A stretch of 64,000 nucleotides of DNA. It comes from a virus. Its lineage: Duplodnaviria; Caudoviricetes. The position numbers and the translations under genes are program-made. The notes beneath the pieces are model-generated. The model did not search any database. It was not told where the DNA came from and saw only the letters and a program-made list of their open reading frames with translations. Location: the IMG/VR virus record IMGVR_UViG_3300042451_000960; one strand, given 5' to 3'. Positions within the stretch are counted from its first letter, which is position 1. Each line of letters starts with the position of its first letter. Positions 8,429 through 17,670 of this stretch are shown piece after piece.

Positions 8429-9634
8429 TTACCAAACAATTTTTTCACTATCATCTTCGGTTGGTTCGGTGAATAAAGCCTCATCAGCTTTCTCATCCTT
8501 TACATACTTTTGTACCAACTGCTTAACATAGGTACGTTCACTATCCACACCACCATCATTACTGAAGAAGGGGAACATACTAATCTCAGCTGCTTCGAAC
8601 AAACTGAATCCATCATAGATAAGTCCAGCAGTTTCTACACTAGCACGAGTTGATACACCAGTTGATAATTTACCATCACCACCTTTAGCTATTTCTCTAG
8701 TATGGTGAGCGATTTCAGCTACTGCTTTCAAATCATCATCATTAACAGCTGGATACATATACTTTAACAAGTCAAACTCCTGCGTATCGTTCAATACATC
8801 CATTTCAATTGTAGTGAAACGGTCTAAGATAGCACGGTCAAGAACACGCGTTGATGTATATTCACCACCAATGTTAGCCGTAGCGATAAAGGTAACACCT
8901 TCAGCCACATTTACAATTGGTGAATCAACAGCTTCATCCAAACGAAGGTAACGTTGTCCCAAATCCAACACTGTCATAAGAATATTCCAAGCATCAGGAT
9001 GTGCTCTACTCAACTCATCCAATAGGATAACAGCGTTTGGAGTGGTGATTGCTTTTACGAAAGCGGATTCAGCGAAGAAAGTACCTTTCTTAGAATCAAA
9101 GTGCGTGTTACCAATCAACGTTGCTCTAGCATCTTGCGTAGCACCTAAGTTGAAATAGAAATCAGGTCTCTTTAAACCTTTAGTTAATGCTTTAGCTGCT
9201 AATGTCTTACCACAACCAGCAGGTCCAGTCATCATAATATTTTTAGCTCTCACAGCTGAACGAATAAGGTATTTCCATTTAAGGTCTGAAATAACCAATC
9301 CTTCAGGTTTAAGTTTAACCGATTCGTTATGGATAAAATCGGTAATCTCTTTATGATTATCCAATTTCTCAACATTAACTTCGGCGTTGCTTTTCAATGG
9401 AGCAACTAAGTTATCAAATTCAGCCATATCGGTTAAGCGGTATTGAATCTTACCACCACTACCAACTACTTTACGAAGTGCTTTACCAGCTTCGAAAGCT
9501 TTCTTACGAGTACCAGTACTAATTCCGTTAGTACCTACAATTTTACCAGCAGTATTTGCTAGTTTGAAATGTGAGCCTACCTTCACTACTTTGAAGATTA
9601 CTTTACTCACTTTGTCTACATTAGACTTTGCCAT
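8429..9634 (-). CDS. MoxR-type AAA+ ATPase (CbbQ/NirQ/NorQ/CobS-like)
   Basis: Walker A GPAGCGKT, Walker B ILLDE, ATANIG...LDRAILDRF, C-terminal STRASV. Confidence 0.88.
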   Translation of the reverse strand: MAKSNVDKVSKVIFKVVKVGSHFKLANTAGKIVGTNGISTGTRKKAFEAGKALRKVVGSGGKIQYRLTDMAEFDNLVAPLKSNAEVNVEKLDNHKEITDFIHNESVKLKPEGLVISDLKWKYLIRSAVRAKNIMMTGPAGCGKTLAAKALTKGLKRPDFYFNLGATQDARATLIGNTHFDSKKGTFFAESAFVKAITTPNAVILLDELSRAHPDAWNILMTVLDLGQRYLRLDEAVDSPIVNVAEGVTFIATANIGGEYTSTRVLDRAILDRFTTIEMDVLNDTQEFDLLKYMYPAVNDDDLKAVAEIAHHTREIAKGGDGKLSTGVSTRASVETAGLIYDGFSLFEAAEISMFPFFSNDGGVDSERTYVKQLVQKYVKDEKADEALFTEPTEDDSEKIVW

Positions 9635-9690
9635 AATTAAGGGGTTTTAAATATAAATAATAATTGTTATTTCTTATCAATCTTACTTCG

Positions 9691-9722
9691 TAAAGATACG
9701 AAAAATACCTGAAACTACCAAA
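9691..9722 (-). promoter_or_regulatory. Bacteroidota primary-sigma promoter
   Basis: TTTGG-N19-TATCTTTA (variant -7 element). Confidence 0.7.
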
Positions 9723-9749
9723 TGTTTTTTTAATTATTTTTTGAGATTA

Positions 9750-9812
9750 CAAATGGTTGAAAATCAATGAGTTAGCTGTATTTTTGCTAACTCATTGATA
9801 ATCAATTAGTTA
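9750..9812. repeat. Pair of 25-bp palindromic sites forming an inverted repeat
   Basis: Partial site 9750-9774 (...TTGAAAATCAATGAGTTA) and full site TAACTCATTGATAATCAATTAGTTA at 9788-9812; ATCAATGAGTTAGC/GCTAACTCATTGAT is a perfect 14-bp inverted repeat. Confidence 0.85.
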
Positions 9813-12026
9813 TGAATTTTGTGGTTTACTCATAAACAATTTGTTCATTGTACGGGCCACTTCGTTTACATTAGTTACATTAATATAACTAGCTGAAGGT
9901 CCATAACACTCTTTGAATATACGAGCTGAACTATTTGTGGTTTCATCCATATCGTAACCATTATCTGCCACAAAGTAACTCAATACTTTGATACCCATAC
10001 TCTCAATAGATTTCATCATCTTACGAGTGTGTTTAGCTGCATTACTACCACTATAACTCATACCCTTGCCATGGAAGTAAGGTTCACCATCTGATATGTT
10101 TAAGAAGTATGAATCAACTTCGCCATTACTACCTACCATTTGTTTTGAAATTGCTTCGAAACACAAACCTTCAGGCGTAGTTCCGTTTGGATGTAAATAA
10201 CCAAACAACTGCTTAACCTTCATAAACTTATCCACTCTACTATCATAAGCCAATACAATATAAGGTAACTCACCAGTTGTTGTACGGAAACTAATTTGAA
10301 TGTTAAGGTTAGGAATCATATCAACTGCCTTAGCCAATGCCACAATATTAGTCATAGTTTTATTCCACTTAGAACCACTCATTGAACCAGAGGCATCTAC
10401 TGAAATATGTAGGTTAGCTTTTTTGAACATATCAATCTCTCTAGTAAAGAACACATGCTCATTACCATACCCCAAAGAAGATACCATTCGTTTATCCATC
10501 TTACCTACAAGCTGGCGATTGAAAATCGTTTCTCTACTCTCACCTCTAACTTGCATTTTCTTACCCAATAAAGTACCAATACGAATACCTTCTAACACTT
10601 CTTTAGCGTGCTGCTCATACATAGTATCTTCGGTACTACTCCATCTTTTGGTTGTAAGTGGGAAGTTATCTTGCTCCATTAAGCTACGAGTCATCTTCTT
10701 AACCACAACACATTCAATACCTTTGAACGAAGAAGAAGTACCATAATAATCCTGTGCTACTACTTTCATCTCTGCGCCAGCTTCCTCAATTGATTGAAGT
10801 TGTTTGGATTCAGATTGAGACATTTTAGATTTCTTAATGTTACCACGTAAGAACTCTTTTTGTTTCTCAATCTTCTTACGAATGATGTCCATCTGTCTTT
10901 GTGATAATCTACCATCAGCAGGTTTATCGGAAGGTTTACCACCTTTACCAACTTTAACACTAATCTTACCGGTCATACCTTTACCATCTTCAGCAGGTTC
11001 ATTAGAATCACCACTCATATCCGAATCACCATTGGTATCACCACTTTTATCATCACCATCATCATCACTCATTTGAACATCAATATCATCTTCACCCGCT
11101 TCTTGCTCACCCTCACCTGCTTGCCCATTACCACTACCTTGTCCAATTCCGTTTTGTTGTTGTTGCTGATTAAGTGGTTCAATAGCTTCCACAATTATTG
11201 AGTAAACTTCAATAGCAACTTTAAGTGCATCTTCAGTTGTTCTCAACCTACTGATTTGATTAAGTTGAATTACCGAAGCGATAGAACGTAATTGTTTAAG
11301 GGCATCTAACCTACTGAATTTAGAATGTAGGTTAATCAATCGGAACATATAAGCCTCAAACGTTTCTTCGGTGAACTCATCAGATTTCATACCCTTATCA
11401 ATAGCAGGGTCATTGAAAAACTTATCATACATTGAACGATAATAATCTCTATAACCGGGTGCTGATTTGTAGATGAAGTTATCAATCCTTCTATCTTCTA
11501 CATAGTTAAGTAAGTCTTTCACAATACCTGTAAAGTATTGAATACCTTTAGCTTTAGAAACTTCATCCAATCGTTTGTATTCTTCACTACCAACAATACG
11601 ATGTATTGCCGAATCCAAATCTCTCAATAATTGGAAATTGGAAAGTTTGATGTGTGAACCTTCATGCAATGCCAAACCTACGGCCGGGTCAAACTCCTTC
11701 GGTTCAGCTATGTTAGCCGAAATAGTTACTACCTTACCATCAGTATAGGAATCGCCTTTAGTTGAAAACTTAACAGGAATAGATTGACCTGTTACAATAG
11801 ATACGAAGTTAGCGATTGCTCTACGATGAGCTGCCAACTTATATAGGTTCTTAGTAGCAATCTCTTTTGTAGTGTATGTACTATAAACTGGAGAGTGGTA
11901 ATCCACATCCCAATCGTCCATCCACCAAGAGGATTTACCATAAGAACTATATGATTTACTTTTTTTGGATTTGCCACTAACTAAGTGGTCTTTTGTACCT
12001 GTCTTAAAATCGGAATACCAACTCAT
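9810..12026 (-). CDS. VWA-domain protein with an N-terminal HExxH peptidase-like domain (CobT-like partner of the MoxR ATPase)
   Basis: ALHEGSH, EDRRID, acidic/Gly linker, MIDAS DASGSMSG, TPEG, ISDGEP. Start moved to MSW (12026) because a promoter lies at 12057-12088. Confidence 0.85.
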   Translation of the reverse strand: MSWYSDFKTGTKDHLVSGKSKKSKSYSSYGKSSWWMDDWDVDYHSPVYSTYTTKEIATKNLYKLAAHRRAIANFVSIVTGQSIPVKFSTKGDSYTDGKVVTISANIAEPKEFDPAVGLALHEGSHIKLSNFQLLRDLDSAIHRIVGSEEYKRLDEVSKAKGIQYFTGIVKDLLNYVEDRRIDNFIYKSAPGYRDYYRSMYDKFFNDPAIDKGMKSDEFTEETFEAYMFRLINLHSKFSRLDALKQLRSIASVIQLNQISRLRTTEDALKVAIEVYSIIVEAIEPLNQQQQQNGIGQGSGNGQAGEGEQEAGEDDIDVQMSDDDGDDKSGDTNGDSDMSGDSNEPAEDGKGMTGKISVKVGKGGKPSDKPADGRLSQRQMDIIRKKIEKQKEFLRGNIKKSKMSQSESKQLQSIEEAGAEMKVVAQDYYGTSSSFKGIECVVVKKMTRSLMEQDNFPLTTKRWSSTEDTMYEQHAKEVLEGIRIGTLLGKKMQVRGESRETIFNRQLVGKMDKRMVSSLGYGNEHVFFTREIDMFKKANLHISVDASGSMSGSKWNKTMTNIVALAKAVDMIPNLNIQISFRTTTGELPYIVLAYDSRVDKFMKVKQLFGYLHPNGTTPEGLCFEAISKQMVGSNGEVDSYFLNISDGEPYFHGKGMSYSGSNAAKHTRKMMKSIESMGIKVLSYFVADNGYDMDETTNSSARIFKECYGPSASYINVTNVNEVARTMNKLFMSKPQNS

Positions 12027-12056
12027 ATAAAAGGGGTTTTGTTGATTAATTATACC

Positions 12057-12088
12057 CAAATATACGAAGATTTCCTGATATAGCAAAA
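12057..12088 (-). promoter_or_regulatory. Bacteroidota primary-sigma promoter
   Basis: TTTG ~19 nt upstream of TATATTTG on the minus strand. Confidence 0.7.
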
Positions 12089-12107
12089 TCTTTTTTAATC
12101 TTTTTTA

Positions 12108-12132
12108 TAAGTGATTGAAAATCAACCAGTTA
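12108..12132. repeat. 25-bp palindromic site
   Basis: TAAGTGATTGAAAATCAACCAGTTA. Confidence 0.8.
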
Positions 12133-12135
12133 TGC

Positions 12136-12321
12136 TTAATCCAATTCCTCATCATCATACCCATCCATAGGAAAAGATGACTCAATTTCTTCAAAAAGGA
12201 ATGTCAGTTCTTTGTGGGCATCTTCTACCCTACGCCAATCTTCAAAGGACATAGCATCTTCTAGCATATCAATCACCTGTTTTACTTTATTTTCAATATT
12301 CATAGTGCTAATATTTTTCAT
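12136..12321 (-). CDS. Small acidic hypothetical protein
   Basis: ORF track, 61 aa. Confidence 0.55.
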   Translation of the reverse strand: MKNISTMNIENKVKQVIDMLEDAMSFEDWRRVEDAHKELTFLFEEIESSFPMDGYDDEELD

Positions 12322-12353
12322 TTAAATATAATGATATTAAACTAAACGAAAAA

Positions 12354-13169
12354 CTAATCTACTTTGAACTCTTTTTTTACATCTTTTACAAATGTGCCGG
12401 CTGGATTAACATTTAGTTCCTTTTCATCACTACATTCAATAGTTTCTTCCGCTGGGGAAACGTAGTTGTTATAATATTCATGTGGTGAATCTTTCCAAAC
12501 TCTTGTAATCAATAGATAATTTGGAAAGCTTCTTATTTGAATATGAATCTTTTTAAAGTGAACGTGTAGTAAATGTTCTGCAGGAATCATATAATGTCCA
12601 GCCTGCTGATATTCCATTGCTTTTAAAAATACAAATGCGTAGTAATCCATAATTTTTGGTGTACCATACGCAAATATATCAGTAATACTTGCCGAATCGG
12701 GCCACATTTGTGCTTTAATTCTACCCATAGGGATATTCAGCATTTGATTATATCTAATTTCAAAATTATCATCCAATACAATGTCTGTTCTTGCTCTTAT
12801 TACCAAATCATATTCAATTCCTATATGTTTGGATAGCATATTAGCTCTCCATATTTTATAGTACATTGATATTTGTCTAAATTCTTTTGCTGCTTTTTTT
12901 AAACCATCATTGAAAAAGGATGGTGGGTCGACATACATAGAAGCAATATCTAATGTTGTTTCTTTAAAAACATCATATCTTTCAACTTCCCATTTTTTTG
13001 GTGTATATATTTTTAGAAAATTATTTATAGTATCACCTTTATCTTCATTTTCTTCATCCCAAAATGAAGCATATACATCCATCTTATATTTTTCAATAAG
13101 TTCAGTCCAAAAAGTTTTTGTTTCATTTAGGTCTCTCATATGACCCGAAAAACATAATGCTATTTTCAT
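12354..13169 (-). CDS. Putative glycosyltransferase-like protein
   Basis: MKIALCFSGHMR...SMYYKIW...YDLVIRARTD...DIFAYG, a pattern typical of viral GT-A-like proteins. Confidence 0.55.
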   Translation of the reverse strand: MKIALCFSGHMRDLNETKTFWTELIEKYKMDVYASFWDEENEDKGDTINNFLKIYTPKKWEVERYDVFKETTLDIASMYVDPPSFFNDGLKKAAKEFRQISMYYKIWRANMLSKHIGIEYDLVIRARTDIVLDDNFEIRYNQMLNIPMGRIKAQMWPDSASITDIFAYGTPKIMDYYAFVFLKAMEYQQAGHYMIPAEHLLHVHFKKIHIQIRSFPNYLLITRVWKDSPHEYYNNYVSPAEETIECSDEKELNVNPAGTFVKDVKKEFKVD

Positions 13170-13618
13170 TGCTCTTTATATTTTTGAATGTAATCTGAAC
13201 ATATTCCACTACACTTTGAAACATCATCATTATTTATTTCGGGCATTACTGCTATACTTTTTTTAATTGGCTGTTTACCAGGATATACCCAAACATAATT
13301 AAATGATGTCAATGTCATTGTATCTTCTTCATGCCAAAACCAATTGATATTAGCGGCTTCATAATCATTTTCTGCAAAATATTCAACTGCGTGTTTATTC
13401 TTACAATGAATCCACAACCTATCACTTCTATCATCCATCCAATCAAAATCTATTTCGTATTGTGGCTCATCGTGTCCTAACGACCATTTACCATCAACAT
13501 ACCAAACATCAATTTCAACATCATATCCTAATGTAATTGCTTCATCTATATATTCAGGTTTATTTTCGGCATCTGTTACCCTTCCGTTTACATTTCCTCT
13601 ATGTGATATGTATATCAT
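13166..13618 (-). CDS. Small GDPD/PLC-like phosphodiesterase-fold protein
   Basis: ISHRGN...ENKPEYI...GYDVEIDVW...WIHCKN. Confidence 0.65.
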   Translation of the reverse strand: MIYISHRGNVNGRVTDAENKPEYIDEAITLGYDVEIDVWYVDGKWSLGHDEPQYEIDFDWMDDRSDRLWIHCKNKHAVEYFAENDYEAANINWFWHEEDTMTLTSFNYVWVYPGKQPIKKSIAVMPEINNDDVSKCSGICSDYIQKYKEQ

Positions 13619-14382
13619 TTATTTGGAATTTTATAAGGCTCATCACTAAATAGTTGGTCAATTGTGGAAATACTATAATTTCTTTCTGGTATAAAATTAT
13701 CTCTCCATTCTACTTTGAAACAATTTGCTTTTATCTTATATGGTTTTAATACATCAATATTTAGAATATCAAAATTTTCTTTCATTAAAATTCTACCATC
13801 AATTTTTTCAAATTTATTAGGGTGTTTTGCATTTAAATAAGATTTTGTTAATCGCTCTTCAGGAGAATGCGTATTACCCCACTTCCAAAATTTACCATCT
13901 ATTATCCATTTGGAAACATTTAACTTACCATTATCAAAATTATGTTTAGTTTCTTTAAACATTAATGACATATTTTCTTTTGTTCCCGCCATCAAATGGT
14001 CCGATACGTGATATTCTGCAAATGACCAATGTCTAAAAAATACGGATGATGTATATATCTTATCTTCATTTTTCTTTATGGTATTTACAATATTTTCTAA
14101 ATTTGACCAATATTCATCACCCCTTATTTTTATTACATATTTTGTTGTAACACACTCTAAGGCATTAATTGTGGATATTAATTGATAATTCAAATTTTGG
14201 TCACCAGATAGTAATGGTATTTGTGATAAAATTATTCTAAAGTTATCGTGAATGTTCAAAAAATTAATTTGATTATCAACCCATGTAGAAATAATAACTT
14301 TATATTGCTTATAATTTTCTAACCAAAAATCATAGGCTTCTTGTGAAATTCTACCTTGAACAATAATAGTAACATCTTCCAT
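13615..14382 (-). CDS. WavE-like glycan synthesis protein
   Basis: VTIIVQG, VIISTW, QLISTINAL...KYVIKIRGD, HVSDHLMAG. Confidence 0.6.
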   Translation of the reverse strand: MEDVTIIVQGRISQEAYDFWLENYKQYKVIISTWVDNQINFLNIHDNFRIILSQIPLLSGDQNLNYQLISTINALECVTTKYVIKIRGDEYWSNLENIVNTIKKNEDKIYTSSVFFRHWSFAEYHVSDHLMAGTKENMSLMFKETKHNFDNGKLNVSKWIIDGKFWKWGNTHSPEERLTKSYLNAKHPNKFEKIDGRILMKENFDILNIDVLKPYKIKANCFKVEWRDNFIPERNYSISTIDQLFSDEPYKIPNK

Positions 14383-14402
14383 TCGTATAACTATACATTA
14401 TG

Positions 14403-14813
14403 TTATTTTGTCCAGCCAATTTTTTTACCGGCTTTTACTCTACGCTCATATTCTTCTTCTGAACCGGGAAATCTCCAAGCCCATACTAACCAAAATAACA
14501 TAAATAATGCTATCCCAATCAGTGCTCCCACTTTATGTAATGTAAATAATAGAAATGTATAGCTCACCAAACAACAAAGAAGCATAATATACTTAACCTT
14601 TGTTGGATATATTCTTTTAGTTTCCCATCTGATAAGATGTGGTGAGAATGTTGGGTGCGTATGCAACCAATGATTTAATGCTGGCGAACTTTTAGCGAAT
14701 GCCCATGCAGCTAGTACCACAAAAGTTGTCATAGGTACGCCTGGTACAATAGCTCCTATGTATGCACAACCTACAAAAAGTAAGCCGAGCGCTCTCCATA
14801 ACCATTTATTCAT
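14403..14813 (-). CDS. YbaN/DUF454 family inner-membrane protein
   Basis: LGLLFVGCAYIGAIVPGVPMTTFVVLAAWAFAKSSP...WLHTHPTF. Confidence 0.85.
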   Translation of the reverse strand: MNKWLWRALGLLFVGCAYIGAIVPGVPMTTFVVLAAWAFAKSSPALNHWLHTHPTFSPHLIRWETKRIYPTKVKYIMLLCCLVSYTFLLFTLHKVGALIGIALFMLFWLVWAWRFPGSEEEYERRVKAGKKIGWTK

Positions 14814-14824
14814 AACTCTATATA

Positions 14825-14986
14825 TTAATCCCAATCATCAGAATAACTCTTTTTACCTTTAATTGGTTTTGAGTCCTTCTTCTTTGGTTTTTGTTTCTTA
14901 ACTTTGCTTTTATCTTTTATGTATAATTCTTCTTCATCAATTTCGTTATACACAAACTTTTTCAAGTAAGCTTTTCCGTTTTTCAT
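14825..14986 (-). CDS. Small Lys-rich hypothetical protein (53 aa)
   Basis: Manual translation MKNGKAYLKKFVYNEIDEEELYIKDKSKVKKQKPKKKDSKPIKGKKSYSDDWD*. Confidence 0.55.
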   Translation of the reverse strand: MKNGKAYLKKFVYNEIDEEELYIKDKSKVKKQKPKKKDSKPIKGKKSYSDDWD

Positions 14987-14995
14987 AAACCCATT

Positions 14996-15121
14996 TTATC
15001 TACCCTGTCCTCTATACTTTTTAGGTGCTTGTGCTTTAGGACCATACGATTTTTTTCCTTTTGGATTACTCTTTCTTTTACCAAAAGATACTTTGTTTGC
15101 CGAACCTACTGATTTAGCCAT
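14996..15121 (-). CDS. Small basic peptide ending in YRGQGR (41 aa)
   Basis: Manual translation MAKSVGSANKVSFGKRKSNPKGKKSYGPKAQAPKKYRGQGR*. Confidence 0.65.
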   Translation of the reverse strand: MAKSVGSANKVSFGKRKSNPKGKKSYGPKAQAPKKYRGQGR

Positions 15122-15161
15122 TTGTTGTTACAATTTTAACGTAAATTTGTAACGTAACCTA

Positions 15162-15956
15162 TTATTTGCTTCTAACTTTCTTTAGAGCTCTTGCACCCAA
15201 TATCCATTTTTTTCCTATTGGGTTTTCAATTGGTTTTCTAAGGAAAGAATCAACTTGCTTTTGTACTGATTTAGAAACTGGATGGTATTCCGTATTATCT
15301 ACTATGATAAAATTGTTGTGGAATATTCCCTGAAACTTACCCATATTCTCTTGGCACTTTCTCCAAACGTCTTTTACCAACGATTCAGGTAGGCTTCTGC
15401 TTCTTTCAGCATTTCTTTTTAATGCAACTTCCAACGAAGTGTTTACGAATACCATATAACAATCATATCCAAGCTTTTCGGCTTTGTCTTTTTTGTTACG
15501 GATTTTAAGAACTTCATCTCCCGTTCCGTCAATTATCATTCCTAAACGTCCTGCTTCGTAAAATTCTTGTTGTTTCTTAGTAACCTCTTTAGCCTTATTA
15601 CGAATAGAATCACCAGTCTCCCCAGCTATAAAAGCCCAGAAGTTAGGGTCATTCTTTTCGATGTCTGCTAAATCTTTTGGATTGATTCCTCTTTTTTTGA
15701 GAGCTTGTTCAAATGCGGTGTCTGAATTGATTATCTTCAATCCACCTGCCGATACCGAATCCATTTCTCCCCTACCAACACCAAAGATTTCCTTTGCCGT
15801 GTAGGATTTACCGCTACCCGGTCCACCAGCCAAAAAGATACATTTAAGGATACCAGGATCATCAACTCCTTCGGTGATAATATCTACGAATAAGTTTGTT
15901 CTGATTTCCTTTAGCTCTTTTTGGATAGTAGATAGTTCGGATATAAGCTTTTTCAT
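15162..15956 (-). CDS. Zeta-toxin-like P-loop kinase
   Basis: FLAGGPGSGKS, INSD, IIDGTG, MVFVNTSLEVALKRNAER. Confidence 0.75.
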   Translation of the reverse strand: MKKLISELSTIQKELKEIRTNLFVDIITEGVDDPGILKCIFLAGGPGSGKSYTAKEIFGVGRGEMDSVSAGGLKIINSDTAFEQALKKRGINPKDLADIEKNDPNFWAFIAGETGDSIRNKAKEVTKKQQEFYEAGRLGMIIDGTGDEVLKIRNKKDKAEKLGYDCYMVFVNTSLEVALKRNAERSRSLPESLVKDVWRKCQENMGKFQGIFHNNFIIVDNTEYHPVSKSVQKQVDSFLRKPIENPIGKKWILGARALKKVRSK

Positions 15957-15959
15957 TGA

Positions 15960-16208
15960 TTACTTACTAGTCTTCTTCTTTGCTGCTGGCTTTTTCTTTT
16001 CAACAACAATAGTCTTAGCAACTTTTTTAGCCTTATCAGCTACTTTCTTTACTTTAACTGCAACTTCCTTAACTTCTTCGATTTTTTCTTCGATAGTATC
16101 TGGAATGTTATTGTTGTTCTTATCTTCAATCTTTCCAGACTTCATACCGAAGTATGCGAATGTACCACCGATTGCAAGAACTGCCAAAATAATTAAAAAT
16201 GTTCCCAT
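15960..16208 (-). CDS. Small membrane-anchored Lys-rich protein
   Basis: N-terminal TM helix, DKNNNNIPD, K/A-rich tail. Confidence 0.65.
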   Translation of the reverse strand: MGTFLIILAVLAIGGTFAYFGMKSGKIEDKNNNNIPDTIEEKIEEVKEVAVKVKKVADKAKKVAKTIVVEKKKPAAKKKTSK

Positions 16209-16260
16209 AATTTTTGTTTTAAGGTTTATCTATAAATATATAGTTTTTTTGTAAACAAAC

Positions 16261-16518
16261 TTAATCCTCATCGTATAAAGAGTATCTTTTAACAGGTTTC
16301 TCAACCTTTATTTCCTCTTTATAGATTACTTCTACCGTCCCTTTACGAGCTGATAGGAAGAAATCCGTTTGTCCGGTTTGTTGAAAATGATACTCCAACC
16401 CATCGGTTAGAGATTCTAAAATGGTAGAAGGAGAGTCTACCGGCTGCCATCTATCACCCGGTGGTACTCTCCTTAATACTACTTCTTTAACTTCTTCTAT
16501 TTTAGTTTCAAAAGCCAT
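16261..16518 (-). CDS. Hypothetical protein
   Basis: ORF track; TAATG-coupled. Confidence 0.6.
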   Translation of the reverse strand: MAFETKIEEVKEVVLRRVPPGDRWQPVDSPSTILESLTDGLEYHFQQTGQTDFFLSARKGTVEVIYKEEIKVEKPVKRYSLYDED

Positions 16519-16739
16519 TATTTAATAACTTGTAAGATTTTAGATTCTTTAGCCGCAGATACTTCATAGTCTAATTGAATACCTGCTTTTTCGAATTCTT
16601 TAACTACCCTAGCTTCAGCTTCCGTAACGGTCATAGCATCAACCAAATAGTTTTCTTTCACTTTTTTGATTTTTGTACCACCTTTACCGCCATCTACCTC
16701 ATGTTGTACTGTTACTGTAACTTCAAAATACTTTGCCAT
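16518..16739 (-). CDS. DUF4494-like protein (Bacteroidota-associated family)
   Basis: KKVKENYLVDAMTVTEAEARV...EVSAAKESKI. Confidence 0.75.
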   Translation of the reverse strand: MAKYFEVTVTVQHEVDGGKGGTKIKKVKENYLVDAMTVTEAEARVVKEFEKAGIQLDYEVSAAKESKILQVIK

Positions 16740-16765
16740 AATTTTATGTTTTTAATGTTTAATTA

Positions 16766-16797
16766 CAAATATACTACTTTTTTCTGAATTTTCCAAA
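16766..16797 (-). promoter_or_regulatory. Bacteroidota primary-sigma promoter
   Basis: TTTGG-N19-TATATTTG. Confidence 0.75.
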
Positions 16798-17361
16798 TTA
16801 ATATTCATATTCTTTTTTAGGTCCAGAAAGGTTTCCATTTATTAAGAACGAACAATTGAAACACAACATTCTTAAATTATCGTATTGATGATTCTTTTTG
16901 TTACCATCTAAAAAGTCTAAAACTAATGGAACTCTATGGTCTGTTATTCTCCTTTCTTCAAATCCACAATTTGAACATTTTTCTTCAACATAGCCACTAA
17001 GTAGTAATCTTTTTTTAAGTTTCCATACAGGATACTTTGGATACTTACCAGCTATAATATCGTCCAATGCATGAAATCCACCCTGGGTTTGAGTTCCTTT
17101 TCTTATACCCAATCCGTGTGGATTTTTAAGGTCCTCAAATACACCATATTCTCTTGCGTATTTTTTATAGGTATTATATGATACCCCTAATAATTTTGCT
17201 GCTTCAGCCGCCGAACGGGCTTTTTTTTGTATATCCTTTATTTCACTTTCTAATAAAGGTCTAGCACCCAATCCCCTCTTTGTTCTTCGTTGGGGTGCCA
17301 ATGATAAATTCTTTGTAGGGTCAAAGTTAGGAAATTCCCTAAATTCTTTTTGCTCTTCCAT
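16798..17361 (-). CDS. HTH plus degenerate HNH/zinc-finger protein
   Basis: AAEAAKLLGVSYNTYKKY (HTH); CSNC...LDFLDGNKKN...NLRMLCFNC (HNH-like). Confidence 0.7.
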   Translation of the reverse strand: MEEQKEFREFPNFDPTKNLSLAPQRRTKRGLGARPLLESEIKDIQKKARSAAEAAKLLGVSYNTYKKYAREYGVFEDLKNPHGLGIRKGTQTQGGFHALDDIIAGKYPKYPVWKLKKRLLLSGYVEEKCSNCGFEERRITDHRVPLVLDFLDGNKKNHQYDNLRMLCFNCSFLINGNLSGPKKEYEY

Positions 17362-17409
17362 AACAATTTTGATAGACTTATTTGCTTTCTTTATATAAGT
17401 ATATCAATT

Positions 17410-17670
17410 TTATTTTTTCGGATTATTTTTTTTATTTTCAAATTCAATTTCTACCGAAATCCATTTTCCTCTTGGACAACCACCCATAACAGGCGTATAT
17501 ATTTTTTTACTTAGCATACACCCACACTCTCCACAATGAATATATGGATTATCTTTTTTAGAATCGCATTTATCACAAATTTCCATTCTAGCAATAGCCA
17601 ATCCGCTTTCCCATTCATTTGGATTATATGATATTTTCCAAGCCCTAAATATTTCTTCTATTTTGTTCAT
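17410..17670 (-). CDS. Small Cys-rich (zinc-binding) hypothetical protein
   Basis: CDKC...CGECGC...CPRGKW. Confidence 0.65.
   Translation of the reverse strand: MNKIEEIFRAWKISYNPNEWESGLAIARMEICDKCDSKKDNPYIHCGECGCMLSKKIYTPVMGGCPRGKWISVEIEFENKKNNPKK

Noticed and set aside
8429-12026. Cobaltochelatase CobS/CobT for B12 synthesis supporting NrdJ
   Set aside because: No CobN or other cob genes. MoxR/VWA pairs in phages are generic, and this VWA partner has a peptidase-like domain.
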